Source: an uncultured Candidatus Binatia bacterium (GTDB taxonomy: Bacteria; Desulfobacterota; Binatia; Bin18). From it: a stretch of DNA of 64,000 nt. The DNA is taken from assembly GCA_965214755.1 (NCBI GenBank), contig OZ243979.1, positions 344,350 to 408,349 of the forward strand, given 5' to 3'. Of the stretch, positions 19,554-30,318 are shown one piece after another. A program made the position numbers and the translations under genes. Position 1 is the stretch's first letter. Every line of letters begins with the position of its first letter. Below the pieces are notes generated by a model, which worked only from the letters and a program-made list of their open reading frames with translations, was not told the DNA's origin and searched no databases.

Positions 19554-21833
19554 GTGGGGACTGTTCCCGAAACATTACAGCATCTCACTTCGGCCCGCAT
19601 AGGCATTCGCGGCATGCACTGTGCCGCGTGCGTTGCCAAGGTCGAGCAGGCTCTGTCCCAAACGCCGGGTGTCGTGCGGGCGAGCGTCAACCTGGCGAGT
19701 GAAGAAGCCCTAGTGGAATATCTGCCCGGTCAGGTCAGCTTGCCCGGCCTTGGCGCGGCGGTTGCCTCAACCGGCTTTGAAATAATCGAACGTGGAGAGA
19801 CCGCCGAAGAGGAAGTCGAACGCCAACACCGGGACGACTATCTCCTGCTGAAAAAAAAGCTGATCGTCAGCGCGGTGTTGACGGCGGTGATCCTGATGGG
19901 AACCATGACACCGCTGCTGTCTTTTCTGCCATTCGGCGCTCCGGTGTGGTTGTTCGTCCTCACCACTCCTGTCCAATTCTGGGTCGGCGGACAGTTTTAT
20001 CGAAGTGCCTGGGCCAGGGCACGGCACGGCTCCAGCGATATGAATACCTTGATCGTGGTCGGGACCTCGGCAGCCTATCTCTACAGTACGGTGGCGGTGT
20101 TTGCCCCTGGTTTTTTTGTGGCAGTCGGACAGCAGCCCCAGATGTATTTCGATACTGCCGCAGTAATTATTACCCTGATCCTGCTGGGTCGTTTGCTGGA
20201 GGCCCGAGCCAGGAGAAGAACGACGGAGGCCATTCGGCGACTTGCGCAACTGCAACCCAAAACGGCGACGCTGCTGCGCGGAGAAGGGGAACAAGAAACC
20301 GTTCCGGTCGAACAGGTACAGCTTGGCGACCGGGCCCTTGTCCGGCCTGGTGAGTCCATTCCCGTAGACGGCATCGTCCAGGCGGGCTCGTCCGCGGTTG
20401 ACGAATCCATGCTGACGGGTGAGAGCCTGCCGGTTGAAAAGCAACCTGGAGACAGCGTGACGGGTGCGACGCTCAACACAACGGGTGCCCTGACCGTGCA
20501 GGCGACCAAGGTTGGCAAAGAGACGGCCCTGGCTCGCATCATTGATCTCGTCCGCCAGGCCCAGGGCTCAAAAGCACCGATTCAACGTCTGGCCGACACG
20601 ATTGCGGCCTACTTTGTACCGGCGGTTATTGCGACTGCTGTTATCACGTTTTGTCTCTGGCTTCTGCTCGGACCGGACCCGTCTCTCACCTTTGCCCTCA
20701 TGACCTTTGTGGCCGTGCTGATTATTGCCTGTCCGTGTTCGCTGGGCTTGGCCACCCCGACCGCCATCATGGTCGGCACCGGACGCGGGGCCGAGTACGG
20801 TGTGCTCATCAAAGGCGGAGAGATATTGGAGCGGGCGCATACCCTGACCACCGTGGTCTTTGACAAAACCGGGACCCTGACCACTGGAAAGCCGGCGGTG
20901 ACCGAGGTCTTTCCGTCTGAGACGCTGCCCGAGCGGGCAAGGCTGAACAGCGAAGAGGTCCTGCGTGTGGCCGCGTGTGCGGAATGGCAAAGCGAGCATC
21001 CGCTGGGACAGGCCGTCGTGCAACAGGCCCAGGCGCAGGGCATGACGCTCGGGCCGGTCGAGTCGTTTGTGGCCCTGGCCGGACACGGCGTCGAAGCCCG
21101 GCTGGGGGAAAAGCTCGTCCTGGTTGGCAGCCAGCGCCTCCTTGCCCAGCGCGGTATTCAGGCCGGTGACATGCTGGAACAGGGCGAGCGCCTCTCGCGT
21201 GAGGGGAAGACGCCGCTCTACGTTGTGGTCAACCGGCGTGTCGTCGGCCTGGTCGCGATCGCCGATACGCTCAAGCCTCAGGCTGCCGAAGATGTCCGCC
21301 GTCTTCAGCGGATGGGGCTCGAAGTGGTCATGTTGACGGGAGACAATCGCCACACCGCCCACGCGATTGCCCGTCAGGCCGGCATCTCGCGGGTGCTGGC
21401 CGAAGTCTTACCTGAAGATAAAGCGGCCGAGATTGCGCGCCTCCAGGACAACGATGCTGCCGTCGCCATGGTCGGCGACGGGATCAATGATGCCCCGGCT
21501 CTGGCCCAAGCGACGGTTGGTATTGCCGTGGGCACCGGGACGGATGTTGCTCGTGAGGCTGCCGATATCACGCTGATGGGCGGTGAATTGAGCGGTGTGG
21601 CAACGGCAATTGAACTGTCGCGGCGAACGGTCCAGATCATCCGGCAGAATTTATTCTGGGCCTTTGCCTATAACACTGCCGGTATCCCGCTTGCCGCCGG
21701 ACTGCTCTATCCGTTCTTTGGGATTCTACTTGATCCCATGGTTGCCGCGTCCGCCATGGCCTTGAGTTCGGTCTCGGTGTTGACGAATTCCCTGCGATTG
21801 CGGACGATGTGCTTGAGAGAGTCCGCGGTGTGA
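19554..21833 (+). CDS. copA: copper-translocating P1B-type ATPase
   Basis: HMA motif [33 protein letters not shown] and MALSS. Confidence 0.95.
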   Translation: MGTVPETLQHLTSARIGIRGMHCAACVAKVEQALSQTPGVVRASVNLASEEALVEYLPGQVSLPGLGAAVASTGFEIIERGETAEEEVERQHRDDYLLLKKKLIVSAVLTAVILMGTMTPLLSFLPFGAPVWLFVLTTPVQFWVGGQFYRSAWARARHGSSDMNTLIVVGTSAAYLYSTVAVFAPGFFVAVGQQPQMYFDTAAVIITLILLGRLLEARARRRTTEAIRRLAQLQPKTATLLRGEGEQETVPVEQVQLGDRALVRPGESIPVDGIVQAGSSAVDESMLTGESLPVEKQPGDSVTGATLNTTGALTVQATKVGKETALARIIDLVRQAQGSKAPIQRLADTIAAYFVPAVIATAVITFCLWLLLGPDPSLTFALMTFVAVLIIACPCSLGLATPTAIMVGTGRGAEYGVLIKGGEILERAHTLTTVVFDKTGTLTTGKPAVTEVFPSETLPERARLNSEEVLRVAACAEWQSEHPLGQAVVQQAQAQGMTLGPVESFVALAGHGVEARLGEKLVLVGSQRLLAQRGIQAGDMLEQGERLSREGKTPLYVVVNRRVVGLVAIADTLKPQAAEDVRRLQRMGLEVVMLTGDNRHTAHAIARQAGISRVLAEVLPEDKAAEIARLQDNDAAVAMVGDGINDAPALAQATVGIAVGTGTDVAREAADITLMGGELSGVATAIELSRRTVQIIRQNLFWAFAYNTAGIPLAAGLLYPFFGILLDPMVAASAMALSSVSVLTNSLRLRTMCLRESAV

Positions 21834-21853
21834 GACGTCGGACGCAGAGTCGT

Positions 21854-23254
21854 ATGAGCTACTCTACCACCGTTCGTAGCCAGCGTTTTTCTTTTGCTGA
21901 CCTGCGGGAAGTCTTTGCCAAGGCCAATGAAGACAAGTCGGGCGATCGGTTGGCCGGGATTGCGGCAACCTCCGAGCAGGAACGGGTTGCGGCCAAGCTG
22001 GTGTTGGCCGATATCCCGTTGTCGGACATCGTGGCGAATCCCCTCATAGAGCCCGCTCAAGACGAAGTGAGCCGGCTTATTCTTGAGACCCATGACCAGG
22101 CGGCGTTCCGCCCGCTTGCCCATCTGACAGTCGGCGAGTTCCGTGAGTATATGCTGGACGAAGACCAGGATGGCGCCCGTTTGGGCGCGCTCCACTGGGC
22201 CATTATCCCGGAGATCGCAGCGGCTGTCACAAAGCTGATGAGCAATAAAGACTTGGTTGTGGCTGCCAGCAAAATCCGCAACATCACGCGCTGTCGCAAC
22301 ACCATGGGTCAGCCCGGCGTCCTGGGTATTCGGGTGCAGCCCAATCATCCAGCCGATGATCTCGGAGGAATCCTCCTGTCCGCGGTTGATGGCTTGCTGT
22401 TCGGGTGTGGCGATGCCGTCATCGGCGTGAACCCGGCGACCGAGTCCGTGGAAACGGTCAGCCGGATTCTGCACGGACTTCAGCGTTTGCTTGAAGCCTA
22501 TGATATCCCAACCCAATCGTGCTGCCTGGCACATATCAGCACGCAGCTCGACAGCCTTGAGCGTGGCGCGCCCGTGGACCTGCTGTTTCAGTCTCTTGCT
22601 GGGACGGAAGCGGCCAATGCGAGTTTTGGCATTAATCTGGACATTCTGCGTGAGGGCCGTGAGCGTGTCCGTGAACATCATCGGAGTCGTGAGGTGGCCT
22701 GGGTGGGCGACGCGGTCATGTATTTTGAAACCGGGCAGGGAAGTGCGCTGTCGGCCAATGCCCATCACGGCGTGGATCAACTCACACTCGAAGCCCGAAC
22801 CTACGGCGTGGCCCGCGCGTTTGCACCCTTTCTCGTCAATACCGTCGTGGGCTTTATCGGCCCCGAGTATCTATATGACGAACGCCAGATCGTTCGTGCC
22901 GGTTTGGAAGATCATTTTATGGGGAAGCTGCTCGGCCTGCCCATGGGCTGTGACGTGTGTTACACCAACCACGCCCAGGCTGACCAGAACTCGGCAGATA
23001 ACCTCTTGCTCCTGCTGACCGCGGCCGGCTGCAATTATTTTATGGGGGTGCCGTGCGCCGATGATGTAATGTTGAGCTATCAGTCAACCAGCTTTCACGA
23101 CGCCCTCGGCACCCGTCAGCTCTTTGGCTTACAGCCCGCTCCGGAGTTCTTGGCCTGGTTGGAGCAGATGGACATCTTTCGAAACGGAAACCTCGTGGCG
23201 TCGAGTCGTCTTGCCCGACAACGCCTCGAAGAAACGGTCAAGCGGATTGCGTAG
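21854..23254 (+). CDS. eutB: ethanolamine ammonia-lyase large subunit
   Basis: KSGDRLAG, QPNHPADD, GDAVIGVNP, YFETGQGS, GFIGPEY, GCDVCYTNH. Confidence 0.97.
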   Translation: MSYSTTVRSQRFSFADLREVFAKANEDKSGDRLAGIAATSEQERVAAKLVLADIPLSDIVANPLIEPAQDEVSRLILETHDQAAFRPLAHLTVGEFREYMLDEDQDGARLGALHWAIIPEIAAAVTKLMSNKDLVVAASKIRNITRCRNTMGQPGVLGIRVQPNHPADDLGGILLSAVDGLLFGCGDAVIGVNPATESVETVSRILHGLQRLLEAYDIPTQSCCLAHISTQLDSLERGAPVDLLFQSLAGTEAANASFGINLDILREGRERVREHHRSREVAWVGDAVMYFETGQGSALSANAHHGVDQLTLEARTYGVARAFAPFLVNTVVGFIGPEYLYDERQIVRAGLEDHFMGKLLGLPMGCDVCYTNHAQADQNSADNLLLLLTAAGCNYFMGVPCADDVMLSYQSTSFHDALGTRQLFGLQPAPEFLAWLEQMDIFRNGNLVASSRLARQRLEETVKRIA

Positions 23255-23262
23255 CTGTGAGT

Positions 23263-24051
23263 ATGACAAAGACTCCTGCGACATCGGACAGTCCCGACCC
23301 GTTGGCAGCAATCCGGACGCGGACCCCAGCCCGGATATTTACCGGTCGGTCCGGGTCGGCTTATCGGACGCAAACGCAGCTCAGCCTGCGCTCGGACCAT
23401 GCCTCAGCCAGGGATGCGGTGCAGACCGATATCGATTGGGAAGGGGACCTTGGGCCGAACTTTCTGCACGTGTGGGATGTGTTCGCCGTCTCCAGCCAGG
23501 CGCGGAGTAAAGCCGAATATCTGATGCGACCCGACCTGGGCCGCCGACTCACTGACTATGCCCAGGCAGAGATCGCGAGCCGTTGCACTGCTGGGGCTGA
23601 TCTTCAGGTTGTCATCGGCGACGGGCTCTCGGCTGCTGCCGTTATCAGACAGGTGCCCCACCTGTTGCCGCTGCTCCATGACGGGGCGGAAAAACGTGGC
23701 TGGGGCTTTGGCCAACCCTTTGCCGTCCGCTATTGCCGCGTCGGGGTGCTGAACGATATTGGTGAGCTGCTCGCTCCGGTCGTTCTGGTGCTTCTCATTG
23801 GAGAACGGCCCGGTCTGCTGACCGCAGAGAGCCTCTCGGCGTATATGGCCTATCGTCCCCGGAGCGGCCATACTGACGCCGAGCGAAATTTAATCTCAAA
23901 CATTCATGTCCGCGGCGTGGCGGTTGAGGAAGCCGCGGAGCGTATCCTGCGTCTGGCTGAGCGCATGCGGCGAGCACGACTGAGCGGAGTTGCGGTCAAA
24001 GAGGGGTTCGATGTGCTGGCGCAAAACGCGCCGCTCCTTTCTGACGAATAG
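23263..24051 (+). CDS. eutC: ethanolamine ammonia-lyase small subunit
   Basis: TPARI, DHASARDAV, YLMRPDLGR, IGERPGL, RNLISNI. Confidence 0.96.
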   Translation: MTKTPATSDSPDPLAAIRTRTPARIFTGRSGSAYRTQTQLSLRSDHASARDAVQTDIDWEGDLGPNFLHVWDVFAVSSQARSKAEYLMRPDLGRRLTDYAQAEIASRCTAGADLQVVIGDGLSAAAVIRQVPHLLPLLHDGAEKRGWGFGQPFAVRYCRVGVLNDIGELLAPVVLVLLIGERPGLLTAESLSAYMAYRPRSGHTDAERNLISNIHVRGVAVEEAAERILRLAERMRRARLSGVAVKEGFDVLAQNAPLLSDE

Positions 24052-24118
24052 CACTATCCGTTGCGGCTTCCGACAGCTTGTGATTTGAAGAGTTGATCTC
24101 ACCTCAGGAGGATTCGGT

Positions 24119-25090
24119 ATGGCAACGCCCGGTCTGTTGATAATGAGCAATATGGCTCCAGGTTCTTTGGATCAGTACACCTCCTATGTCAAAAAGGCAG
24201 AGGAGCGTGGGCTGCGCAATTTCCTGGTGACGGAATCGTTTACTGACTCTTTGGCGCTCGCTCAGCACTTGGCGACCGTGACCTCGAATATTCAGGTCGG
24301 TACGGGCATTACCAACCTCTATCTGCGCAACCCGCTCATTGCGGCCCTGCACGCCATGACCATAGATCGTCTTGCTCCGGGGCGGCTCCTGCTCGGCCTG
24401 GGCACTAGCCACGTCCCGTTAAACAGCATGTTCGGTATAGACATGGCCAAGCCGCTGACCGCCCTGCGGGAATATGTGCAGGCGGTACGGAACATCTTTG
24501 ATGGGAAAGACGAGGCCGCGGCAGCGCTTGGACTGCCGCCGATGCAAGCCGATAACAAGATTCCCATTTATCTGGCTGGTATTTCGCCCAAGAGCATTCA
24601 CCTGACCGGTGAACTGGCCGATGGCAGCCTGCCCTTAAATTACGCGCCGCACGGGCTGCACGAAGTGGTGGGGGGTATTGCGATCGGCGCCCAGGAGGCT
24701 GGACGTTCACCCGCGGATGTCCAGATTGGGCTCATCATGCACTGCTGCGTGTGCGCAGATAAAGCAGTTGCGCTCCGCTCCGTGCGACAAACCTTGTCTT
24801 TTTACGGACGCATGCCGTATTACAACCGTTTATTTGTCCGACAGGGATTTGAGAAAGAAGCGGCCGGTATTATCGCGGCGGCTGAAAAGAACGACATGGC
24901 CGCGGCAGCCGAAGCCGTGTCCGAAGAAATGGCCGCGCAGGTTGCCGCCCTGGGCAGCCCGCAGGAGTGTCAGAAGAAGCTTGACGAGTTCGAGCGGGCT
25001 GGAGCGTCGTATGTGATACTGTATCCGACCGCGATTGACGGTGATTATGAGCGGGGAGTCAACGCGGTCCTGGATGCGTTTGGCGGGTAG
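24119..25090 (+). CDS. LLM-class flavin/F420-dependent oxidoreductase
   Basis: IQVGTGI, PGRLLLGLG, PIYLAG...GELADG. Confidence 0.9.
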   Translation: MATPGLLIMSNMAPGSLDQYTSYVKKAEERGLRNFLVTESFTDSLALAQHLATVTSNIQVGTGITNLYLRNPLIAALHAMTIDRLAPGRLLLGLGTSHVPLNSMFGIDMAKPLTALREYVQAVRNIFDGKDEAAAALGLPPMQADNKIPIYLAGISPKSIHLTGELADGSLPLNYAPHGLHEVVGGIAIGAQEAGRSPADVQIGLIMHCCVCADKAVALRSVRQTLSFYGRMPYYNRLFVRQGFEKEAAGIIAAAEKNDMAAAAEAVSEEMAAQVAALGSPQECQKKLDEFERAGASYVILYPTAIDGDYERGVNAVLDAFGG

Positions 25091-25120
25091 GGCGACTCTC
25101 CGCCTGAGGTCTCTCCTCAT

Positions 25121-25534
25121 ATGGGCCGCAGAGCAAAAAAATCGCCTGACCTGGCACTCGATACGAGTACACCGGCGGTACGCGCTGACCGTTGGCTGTG
25201 GGCCGCGCGGTTTTATAAGAGCCGCTCGTTGGCGGCCGAGGCCTGCGAGGGCGGGAAGGTTGAGGTCAACGGGCATACGGCAAAACCGCACAAGCTGGTT
25301 CGGGTGGATGATACGCTTGCACTGACGCATCCGCATGGACTCAAGAAGCTCAAGGTCCGGGCGGTCTCTGAGAAACGCGGTCCGGCGACTGAAGCCCGCT
25401 TGCTGTACGAAGACCATTCGCCGCCGCAAGATGAGGTTTTTGATTTTTTTGCCCGGCCGTCTTCCCGGTCCCGGGGCAGCGGGCGTCCGACCAAGCGCGA
25501 GCGCCGCGAAACCGAATGGTTACGTGGACGCTAA
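25121..25534 (+). CDS. hslR: S4-domain ribosome-associated heat shock protein Hsp15
   Basis: RADRWLWAARFYKSRSLA, KRGPA...LYED, GRPTKRERR. Confidence 0.93.
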   Translation: MGRRAKKSPDLALDTSTPAVRADRWLWAARFYKSRSLAAEACEGGKVEVNGHTAKPHKLVRVDDTLALTHPHGLKKLKVRAVSEKRGPATEARLLYEDHSPPQDEVFDFFARPSSRSRGSGRPTKRERRETEWLRGR

Positions 25535-25567
25535 ACGAATGATGGCCGAGGACGTGAGGAAAACTTG

Positions 25568-26608
25568 ATGATTGATCTGCGGAGCGATACGGTCACCTTG
25601 CCGAGCCAAGCCATGCGTGACGCCATTGCGCATGCCGAACTGGGTGACGATGTCATGGGGGAAGACCCGACTGTCAATCGGCTGGAAGAACTTGCCGCGG
25701 AAAAGATGGGCAAAGAGGCCGCTCTGCTGGTGACCAGTGGAACCATGGGCAATCTGGTCGCCCTGCTGAGCCACTGCACCCGGGGACAGGACGTCATTCT
25801 TGGCGATCAGTGCCATATTTTCAAATACGAAGCCGGGGGGGCGTCGGCCCTGGGTGGGCTGGCTTTTCACACCGTGCCCACAGGTCGTTTCGGAGAACTC
25901 GCCCTGCCGGATGTGGAACGGGCCATATATCCGGCTGATGTGCACTACGCCCCGCCGGGTCTGATCTGTTTGGAGAACACGCATAATCGTTGCGGAGGGA
26001 CGGTCTTGCCGGTCGAGTATCTTCGCTCTGTTCGGAACTTGGCCGATACGGCCGGCGTGCCGGTGCATCTTGACGGCTCGCGTATCTTTAATGCCGCGGT
26101 GGCTCTGGGCTGTGACGTAAGGACACTCACCCAAGCCGTCGATACGGTCCAATTTTGCCTGTCCAAAGGACTGTCCGCTCCGGTCGGCTCTCTCGTGTGT
26201 GGAAGTCAGAAGTTTATCCAGCAAGCCCGGCGTTATCGGAAAATGGTCGGCGGCGGGATGCGTCAGGCTGGCATTATTGCTGCGGCGGGAATCGTGGCCT
26301 TAAATGAAATGGTGGAGCGCTTGGCCGAAGACCACCAGACCGCCCGGCGGCTGGCTGAGGGCCTGGCTGAACTGTCAGGCGTGCATATTGATCTTGAGAC
26401 GGTCCAGACCAATCTTGTGATCTTTTCCGTGCCGACACCCCACGCCAACGGCGGTTCTTTTGCCGAGGTGCTCGGACAGGCTGGCGTCAAAATCGGCGAT
26501 ATCGGTGGCGAACGCTTCCGCGCGGTGACGCACTACGGCATATCACAAGCGGATGTCGATGAGGCGTTGCAGATCATACGCCAGACCTGGCAGCCGGCTG
26601 CGGCCTAG
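25568..26608 (+). CDS. ltaE: low-specificity L-threonine aldolase
   Basis: IDLRSDTVT, SGTMGN, ENTHN, HLDGSR, CLSKGL, GGGMRQAG. Confidence 0.96.
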   Translation: MIDLRSDTVTLPSQAMRDAIAHAELGDDVMGEDPTVNRLEELAAEKMGKEAALLVTSGTMGNLVALLSHCTRGQDVILGDQCHIFKYEAGGASALGGLAFHTVPTGRFGELALPDVERAIYPADVHYAPPGLICLENTHNRCGGTVLPVEYLRSVRNLADTAGVPVHLDGSRIFNAAVALGCDVRTLTQAVDTVQFCLSKGLSAPVGSLVCGSQKFIQQARRYRKMVGGGMRQAGIIAAAGIVALNEMVERLAEDHQTARRLAEGLAELSGVHIDLETVQTNLVIFSVPTPHANGGSFAEVLGQAGVKIGDIGGERFRAVTHYGISQADVDEALQIIRQTWQPAAA

Positions 26609-26683
26609 TCGAATCACGCGCCTATACATCGCTTCCCGGCTGGGATAGAGAAAAATGATCAACATCATAGAGGAGGGAATGTG

Positions 26684-27655
26684 ATGGCAAAGGTACAAAC
26701 CGTTCTTGGCGACACCACCTCGGACAAGCTGGGGTTCACGCTCGTACACGAGCATCTGACGGCCGGCTTCCCCGGTTATGAATGGGACAATACCAGTTTT
26801 GATCGTAAGAAAGAAATCGATAGTGCGGTAGAAAAGCTCAAAGAGATCAAAGAGCTGGGAGTGACCTCGTTTGTTGATCCCTGCCCGATGGAATTGGGCC
26901 GCGACCCGGAATTCGCCGCCGAATGCGCCCAGCGGTCCGGTCTCAACGTCATCATTGCCACCGGCTTGTACAACGAAGCCCTGGGCATCCCACCGCATTT
27001 TCGGAGTCTCGGTGCGGACGATATTGCCGAGGTGTATGTACGTGAGATTACCGAAGGGATCGGGCATACCGGGATTAAGGCCGGTATCATTAAAACCGCA
27101 ACCGGTGGTATTCCGGGCATGACCGAGACGGCGACGAGTATCGGCCAGCACGAAGAGACGTGTTTGCGGGCCGCGGCGCGTACGCATAAGGCCACGGGTA
27201 TGCCCATTCTGTGCCACAACGACGAGCTGGGTCCGTTCGGGCGGGAGACTCTGGACGTTTTTGAAGACGAAGGGGTTGATTTTAACCGGGTGATGATTGG
27301 CCACGCGTGTGGTGTGGGTGATATGCGCTACTACTTTGACGTGCTTGAGCGGGGTGCATGGATCGGTTTTGACCGCTTTGGGGTCGAAACCATTGCTTCC
27401 GATAAAATGCGCCTGGCCTCCCTCATCGGTCTATTAGCCGTTGGGTATGACCGGATTATGCTGTCGCACGATGCCGTGCACTGCATGATGGGCCGCCCGA
27501 GCAAGGCGTGGGAGCAGTTCATCGAGGCCTGCCCAAACTGGAACTATTCGCACATCCTGAAAAATATCATTCCGCAGTTGAGCAGAGCGGGTGTGAGCGA
27601 GGGCACCATCCATACCATGACGGTTGAAAATCCCAAGAACTATTTTGGGGGGTAG
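26684..27655 (+). CDS. phosphotriesterase-like lactonase/amidohydrolase
   Basis: Metal ligands in HEH, GIIK, LCHN, IGHA, LSHD. C-terminal VENP. Confidence 0.92.
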   Translation: MAKVQTVLGDTTSDKLGFTLVHEHLTAGFPGYEWDNTSFDRKKEIDSAVEKLKEIKELGVTSFVDPCPMELGRDPEFAAECAQRSGLNVIIATGLYNEALGIPPHFRSLGADDIAEVYVREITEGIGHTGIKAGIIKTATGGIPGMTETATSIGQHEETCLRAAARTHKATGMPILCHNDELGPFGRETLDVFEDEGVDFNRVMIGHACGVGDMRYYFDVLERGAWIGFDRFGVETIASDKMRLASLIGLLAVGYDRIMLSHDAVHCMMGRPSKAWEQFIEACPNWNYSHILKNIIPQLSRAGVSEGTIHTMTVENPKNYFGG

Positions 27656-27667
27656 TGCACCGGCAAC

Positions 27668-27736
27668 TCGTCATCCCTGTGGAAGCAGGAATCCGGGCGG
27701 GTGGAACTGGATGCCGGATCAGGCCCGGCATGACGA
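27668..27736. repeat. paired palindromic REP-like element between convergent genes
   Basis: tcgtcatccctgtggaagcaggaatcc...ggatgccggatcaggcccggcatgacga. Confidence 0.7.
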
Positions 27737-27761
27737 GAGTACCGCTCACCCGTCAGGCTAG

Positions 27762-28091
27762 TCAGGATGTCAGCTTGACTAATGCGACGGTGAGGCTGAC
27801 CGTCAGGCCGACAATACCGGCGGACATTACCCACAGGTGGCGGTAGAGTCCAGTTTCCAATTCGGCAATATCGGCTTTTAACTCAGCTTTGACTTCGGCC
27901 AAGTCGGTCTTGACTACGGTAATATCGCTCTTGAGCTCGGCCTTGACTTCGGCGAGGTCGGCTTTGGTGGCAACATTGCCGCCGATAGCGTCACCGACTG
28001 TGGCAACGACGGCTTCGGCCAAGGCTTCGTCCGCCCCGGCTTCCCGAAGCGCTTTAACGGCCTTGTATGTGTCAAAGGCGAGGGCGGTCAT
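27762..28091 (-). CDS. DUF1640/CCDC90-like coiled-coil protein
   Basis: AFDTYKAVKALREAG...ATKADL, repeated DLAEVKAELK, C-terminal TM helix. Confidence 0.82.
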   Translation of the reverse strand: MTALAFDTYKAVKALREAGADEALAEAVVATVGDAIGGNVATKADLAEVKAELKSDITVVKTDLAEVKAELKADIAELETGLYRHLWVMSAGIVGLTVSLTVALVKLTS

Positions 28092-28258
28092 GGACTTCTT
28101 GTTACTGCACGCGGTCCAAGGCGTCAATGGCGAAGGTCGGCCCCGGTGCTGCTGAGTCATGGGCTGTGATTTATGAAGCTGTTAACTATAGGGTCAAGCA
28201 AATCGTAGGTATCGTTGTCATAGGAAAGGGAGCCGAAGCGTGAATCCATATGACCTAG

Positions 28259-28654
28259 CTACTCCTTCAACTCAATGGAAATCTGGCTGTAGCGCGTGTC
28301 GCCGACATTGGTCAGCGTGTGGGTCACGCCTTTGACCGGGGGCATGATGACTTGGCCGGCCTCAGGGTAATGCGTCTGACGTTCGGGCTCCGGCCCGGCT
28401 TTCGTTGCCCTGAGCTTTGAACCCTCAAGGCAAATCACCACTTCGTCAAACTGATGGGTATGCTGCTTGGTGGACTGACCGGGCTCCAGCACGAGTTTCC
28501 AGACGGCGACGCGCTCGTGGTCGATAAGCAGGAGCGGTTTGACCGTGGTGCCGGCGGCACCCGCTGGCGTATAGACCAGAATCGCAAGGCCCGCTCCGAG
28601 ACCGCCCAGCGCCAGAATCAGGCCGACACCCAGCCCCAGGAAAAAACGTCTCAT
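28259..28654 (-). CDS. exported cupin-domain protein
   Basis: N-terminal TM/signal segment, LEPGQSTKQHTH...GVTHTLTN. Confidence 0.8.
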   Translation of the reverse strand: MRRFFLGLGVGLILALGGLGAGLAILVYTPAGAAGTTVKPLLLIDHERVAVWKLVLEPGQSTKQHTHQFDEVVICLEGSKLRATKAGPEPERQTHYPEAGQVIMPPVKGVTHTLTNVGDTRYSQISIELKE

Positions 28655-28674
28655 GCCCGGCGCGCTCGTTCGAC

Positions 28675-29238
28675 CTATTTGGCCCGGGAGACATATTCCC
28701 CGGTTTCGGTATCTACTCGAATGGACTCGCCAATGTCGATAAAGCCAGGAACGCGGACGACCAGGCCGGTTTCCATGGTGGCCGGCTTCAACTCGTTAGT
28801 GACGGTTGCTCCCTTCATGGCGGGTGGGGTGTCGGTCACGGTGAGATCGACCGTCTTCGGCAGGCTGATGCCGACAGGATTTTCTTCGTACAGATCGAGG
28901 ATGATCTTCATATTGGGGACAAGATAGTGAACCGAGTTGCCAAGCAGGTCTTTCGATAAGGTAATCTGTTCATAATCCTCGGAGTTCATGAAGCAGTATT
29001 CATCGCCGGATTCGTACAGATATTCCATTTCCCGCTGTTCGAGCGTGACCCGGTCTACTTTGTCGTTCGAGCTGAATTTATGCTCTGTTTGTAAGCCGCT
29101 CCGCAGATTGCGCAGTTTGGTCTGTACAAAGCCGCGTTTATTGCCGGGGGTCACGTGTATCAAATCCATGATGCGATGGAGATCGTTTTGATAGATGACA
29201 AGCGCCCCCACGCGCAGCTGAGTCGCTGGTATGAGCAT
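28675..29238 (-). CDS. efp: elongation factor P
   Basis: HVTPG loop, MEYLY, KPATMETG, VPGFI, DTETGEYVSRA. Confidence 0.96.
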   Translation of the reverse strand: MLIPATQLRVGALVIYQNDLHRIMDLIHVTPGNKRGFVQTKLRNLRSGLQTEHKFSSNDKVDRVTLEQREMEYLYESGDEYCFMNSEDYEQITLSKDLLGNSVHYLVPNMKIILDLYEENPVGISLPKTVDLTVTDTPPAMKGATVTNELKPATMETGLVVRVPGFIDIGESIRVDTETGEYVSRAK

Positions 29239-29321
29239 CCGTCCTATATCCTCCTGTTCGTGGCTCTTTTCAGTCGTGTTACTTTACCATTGGCCTGGCA
29301 AAGCGGGCAAGGCGAGTCGCG

Positions 29322-29738
29322 CTAATGAAGTTGATCTGCGGCCGGAGTTGATGGCGCAAAAATCGGCGAGCCATGGTGATGCACAATGAACCACTGACCA
29401 TCCTGCTTTTCAAACAGATTCGTCGTCAAAATCCGCGACCGGGAAGTGCCGTCCGGTCCGCTCGATTCGAGGTTTTCGATGAGGACCACCCAGCTCAGAT
29501 TTCCGGACACTTCGACGCGGACATCGGTCAAATCAAACCGCATGGATTGCGTATTGGCAAAAATCCGCTCCCAACTCGCCATAACCGGTCCCCAGCCGGA
29601 CAGGAGCGGCCACCCCGGATGGACGCATTTGATGTGGCTGGCTTGCAGCCAGACCTTTTCCATCTCTTTGATGTCCAGCGTTTCAAAGGCGCGGTAAAAG
29701 GCCTGGTTTGCCGCACTGACAGCGTCGCGTTCTTTCAT
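29322..29738 (-). CDS. NTF2/SnoaL-like protein
   Basis: ANQAFYRAFE, CVHPGW, TNLF...W..VHHHGSP. Confidence 0.9.
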   Translation of the reverse strand: MKERDAVSAANQAFYRAFETLDIKEMEKVWLQASHIKCVHPGWPLLSGWGPVMASWERIFANTQSMRFDLTDVRVEVSGNLSWVVLIENLESSGPDGTSRSRILTTNLFEKQDGQWFIVHHHGSPIFAPSTPAADQLH

Positions 29739-29747
29739 ATGCCTTCC

Positions 29748-30077
29748 CTATGACGGTTTTGGGGCCATAAAAACCAGGACGGTCAGTTGGTCGGCGCTGG
29801 TATTACTGACGCCGTGCTCGGCCCCGGACGGGGCCAGCGCAATGTCGCCAACTCCAAGTTCCCTGGTTTCCTGTCCAATCCGGACCGTGGCCCGTCCGTC
29901 AAGCACGTAATAGATTTTGTCGGAGCCGGTATGTATGTGAGGGGTCTGTTCTTGTCCGGGTTCAAAGCAGTACACATCGCAGAACATGCGATCGGTCGTA
30001 AACAAATTGACTTTTTTCATCTTCTCGGACGAAAAGGCAATCTGGTCGGCGATCTGCTTAAAAACATCCATTGTCAT
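29748..30077 (-). CDS. cupin-domain protein
   Basis: FEPGQEQTPHIH...DKIYYVLDG...EHGVSN. Confidence 0.88.
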   Translation of the reverse strand: MTMDVFKQIADQIAFSSEKMKKVNLFTTDRMFCDVYCFEPGQEQTPHIHTGSDKIYYVLDGRATVRIGQETRELGVGDIALAPSGAEHGVSNTSADQLTVLVFMAPKPS

Positions 30078-30318
30078 CCACCTTACCCGTCTCTTTTTGC
30101 CGGACGGCCGGTTCCGGTTGATATTGGTACGTATACACCCCAGGGATGCATACCACCTTTATTGTATAGCCAAAAGCCCTGATCCATACACCCGGGGAGA
30201 AGAGTGCCCCTTCTCAGCGGGTATAACGTCTTTAAAAAATTTCTTGTCTCTCAGACCCTTTCCCTGCCATACTATAAGATATAAGCTTAATAGATTACCC
30301 CTAGAGGTGGTGGCTGGC

